47,353 nucleotides of DNA from Prolixibacteraceae bacterium (lineage in GTDB: Bacteria > Bacteroidota > Bacteroidia > Bacteroidales > Prolixibacteraceae), in assembly GCA_029265875.1 (NCBI GenBank), contig JAJUGS010000001.1, forward strand, positions 1 to 47,353, given 5' to 3'. The notes below the pieces were generated by a model. It made no database searches. It was given only the letters and a program-made list of their open reading frames with translations, and was not told the DNA's origin. Positions 46,234 to 47,353 of this stretch are shown in pieces. Position numbers and translations under genes: made by a program. Numbering within the stretch: the stretch's first letter is position 1; every line of letters begins with the position of its first letter.

Positions 46234-47353
46234 ATGAAGTTGAAAAAACGCATATTGAAGGTTCCGAAAGACCGGAAAATCCGTGATTTGTTGCGGAAAG
46301 AAGTGGGGGTTTATGCAGCCGGGAACAAAATTCTGCCTCCGGCTTCTTTTGATATTCTTGAAAAACATGCTGCAATAATACTGGACCAATCAGGCATCAG
46401 TAGTGATTACCTCGATTTTACGATCGTTCTTTTGGGAAACGAAACCTGGCGCGACGTGGTGAATGCGACTCCTTTTAACCGCCGGTTGCTTTTGCTGCCG
46501 CAGTGTTTGCGAAACAACCTGGAATGTAAGGCAGAATTCGATCACCTCGGACTTATTTGTGCAGGATGCAAAAGTTGCCAGATTGATGGCATTCTTACCA
46601 AAGCTGAAAAACTGGGTTACGCCACACTGGTAGCCGAAGGAACAACCGTTGCCACCGGGCTGGTGGAAGAAGGGTCGATTGACGCGGTGATTGGTGTGAG
46701 TTGCATGCCGGTTTTGCAAAATTCTTTTGACGCGGTTTCACACGCGGCGGTTCCGGTAATTGGATTACCACTGCTTTTTGATGGCTGCTCCAACACGTCC
46801 ATCGATTACAACTGGCTTTTTGCGGAAATTGAACAAATCTCAGAAAATGAAGAAGTCAGGCCGCTTTCAGTTTCGTTACTAAAAAGTAAAGTGGAGGATT
46901 ATTTCACGGCTGAAAATCTGAAAAAGTTCTTTCCCGGAAACTCGGAAACAGAAAAACTGGCTTTGAAAACCATGACTTTGGGCGGTCAGCGGATGCGGCC
47001 GCTGTTAACAGTACTTGCTATCCAATCTTATTCCCGCCATATTTCAGAAGAAGTGCAATCTGCTCTGGCCGTGATTATTGAGTGTTGTCACAAAGCATCA
47101 CTGGTGCATGATGATATTCAGGATGATGAGGATTTCCGGTACAATCAGCCGGCATTGCACAGAACGGCGGGAATTCCTGTCGCCATCAACATTGGAGATT
47201 ATCTCACCGGGAAAGGCTACAAACTGCTGTCGGCTATTGATTGCGATCCGGTTGTGAAAGCCGAATGCCTGAAAGTGGTTGCTTCATCGCATCTCAATCT
47301 TTCCGAAGGACAGGGTGCTGACATACTTTTGCAGCAAAACATGGCACAGCAAC
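46234..47353 (+). CDS. DUF116-like Cys-rich domain fused to a trans-polyprenyl diphosphate synthase; 3'-truncated
   Basis: Not in the ORF track. I translated it by hand from ATG 46234: 373 open codons to the window end. It reads MKLKKRILKVP...RRLLLLPQCLR...C...CAGCKSC...VAEG...IGVSC...LPLLFDGC, then GGQRMRP (46981), HKASLVHDDIQD (first Asp-rich motif, 47110-47124), INIGDYL and GQGAD. Confidence 0.9.
   Translation, partial: MKLKKRILKVPKDRKIRDLLRKEVGVYAAGNKILPPASFDILEKHAAIILDQSGISSDYLDFTIVLLGNETWRDVVNATPFNRRLLLLPQCLRNNLECKAEFDHLGLICAGCKSCQIDGILTKAEKLGYATLVAEGTTVATGLVEEGSIDAVIGVSCMPVLQNSFDAVSHAAVPVIGLPLLFDGCSNTSIDYNWLFAEIEQISENEEVRPLSVSLLKSKVEDYFTAENLKKFFPGNSETEKLALKTMTLGGQRMRPLLTVLAIQSYSRHISEEVQSALAVIIECCHKASLVHDDIQDDEDFRYNQPALHRTAGIPVAINIGDYLTGKGYKLLSAIDCDPVVKAECLKVVASSHLNLSEGQGADILLQQNMAQQ

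Noticed and set aside
44745-46802. Minus-strand ORFs 44745-45251, 45792-46076, 46030-46389, 46390-46719 and 46617-46802
   Set aside because: They are antisense shadows of well-supported plus-strand genes, including the prenyl synthase gene missing from the track, and have no motifs.
46234-47353. Ordinary housekeeping ispA/ispB
   Set aside because: It has about 200 extra N-terminal residues with seven Cys, altered GGKR and RRG motifs, and an Fe-S operon context, so no gene symbol was given.
1-47353. CRISPR arrays, tRNA/rRNA genes, transposases, prophage or defence genes
   Set aside because: I saw no spaced repeat array or RNA gene signature, and the coding space is accounted for by other families. 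Small RNAs cannot be excluded by eye.

Overview
Bacteroidota DNA (SusC/SusD pairs, a hybrid two-component system and T9SS C-terminal domains; a Prolixibacteraceae/Marinilabiliales-like organism is my guess, not shown). About 39 kb is glycan utilisation. (i) Two T9SS-secreted proteins on +: a 5'-truncated multi-LamG protein and a GH43 arabinanase-ricin-BACON protein. (ii) A convergent minus-strand transport operon, fasciclin-SusC-SusD-fasciclin-fasciclin-SusC-SusD, with no enzyme of its own and a possible upstream ORF. (iii) A TPR gene. (iv) An HTCS-flanked PUL: SusC, SusD, three GH43-type enzymes, an S1 sulfatase, a GH5_13-like enzyme and a GH2, which points to a furanose-containing, possibly sulfated glycan. 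The last 8 kb holds a hybrid kinase and a sigma54 activator, followed by candidate activator boxes, a sigma54-like promoter and a Cbp1-like coiled-coil gene. It ends with the start of a tightly coupled operon: Fe-S ferredoxin-like protein, radical SAM enzyme, and a DUF116-like 7-Cys domain fused to a trans-prenyl diphosphate synthase. That last gene (46234 to the window end) is missing from the supplied ORF track, and the operon is the best candidate here for an uncharacterised isoprenoid pathway. I saw no rRNA, tRNA, CRISPR array or transposase. All family assignments come from motif recognition only, with no database search.
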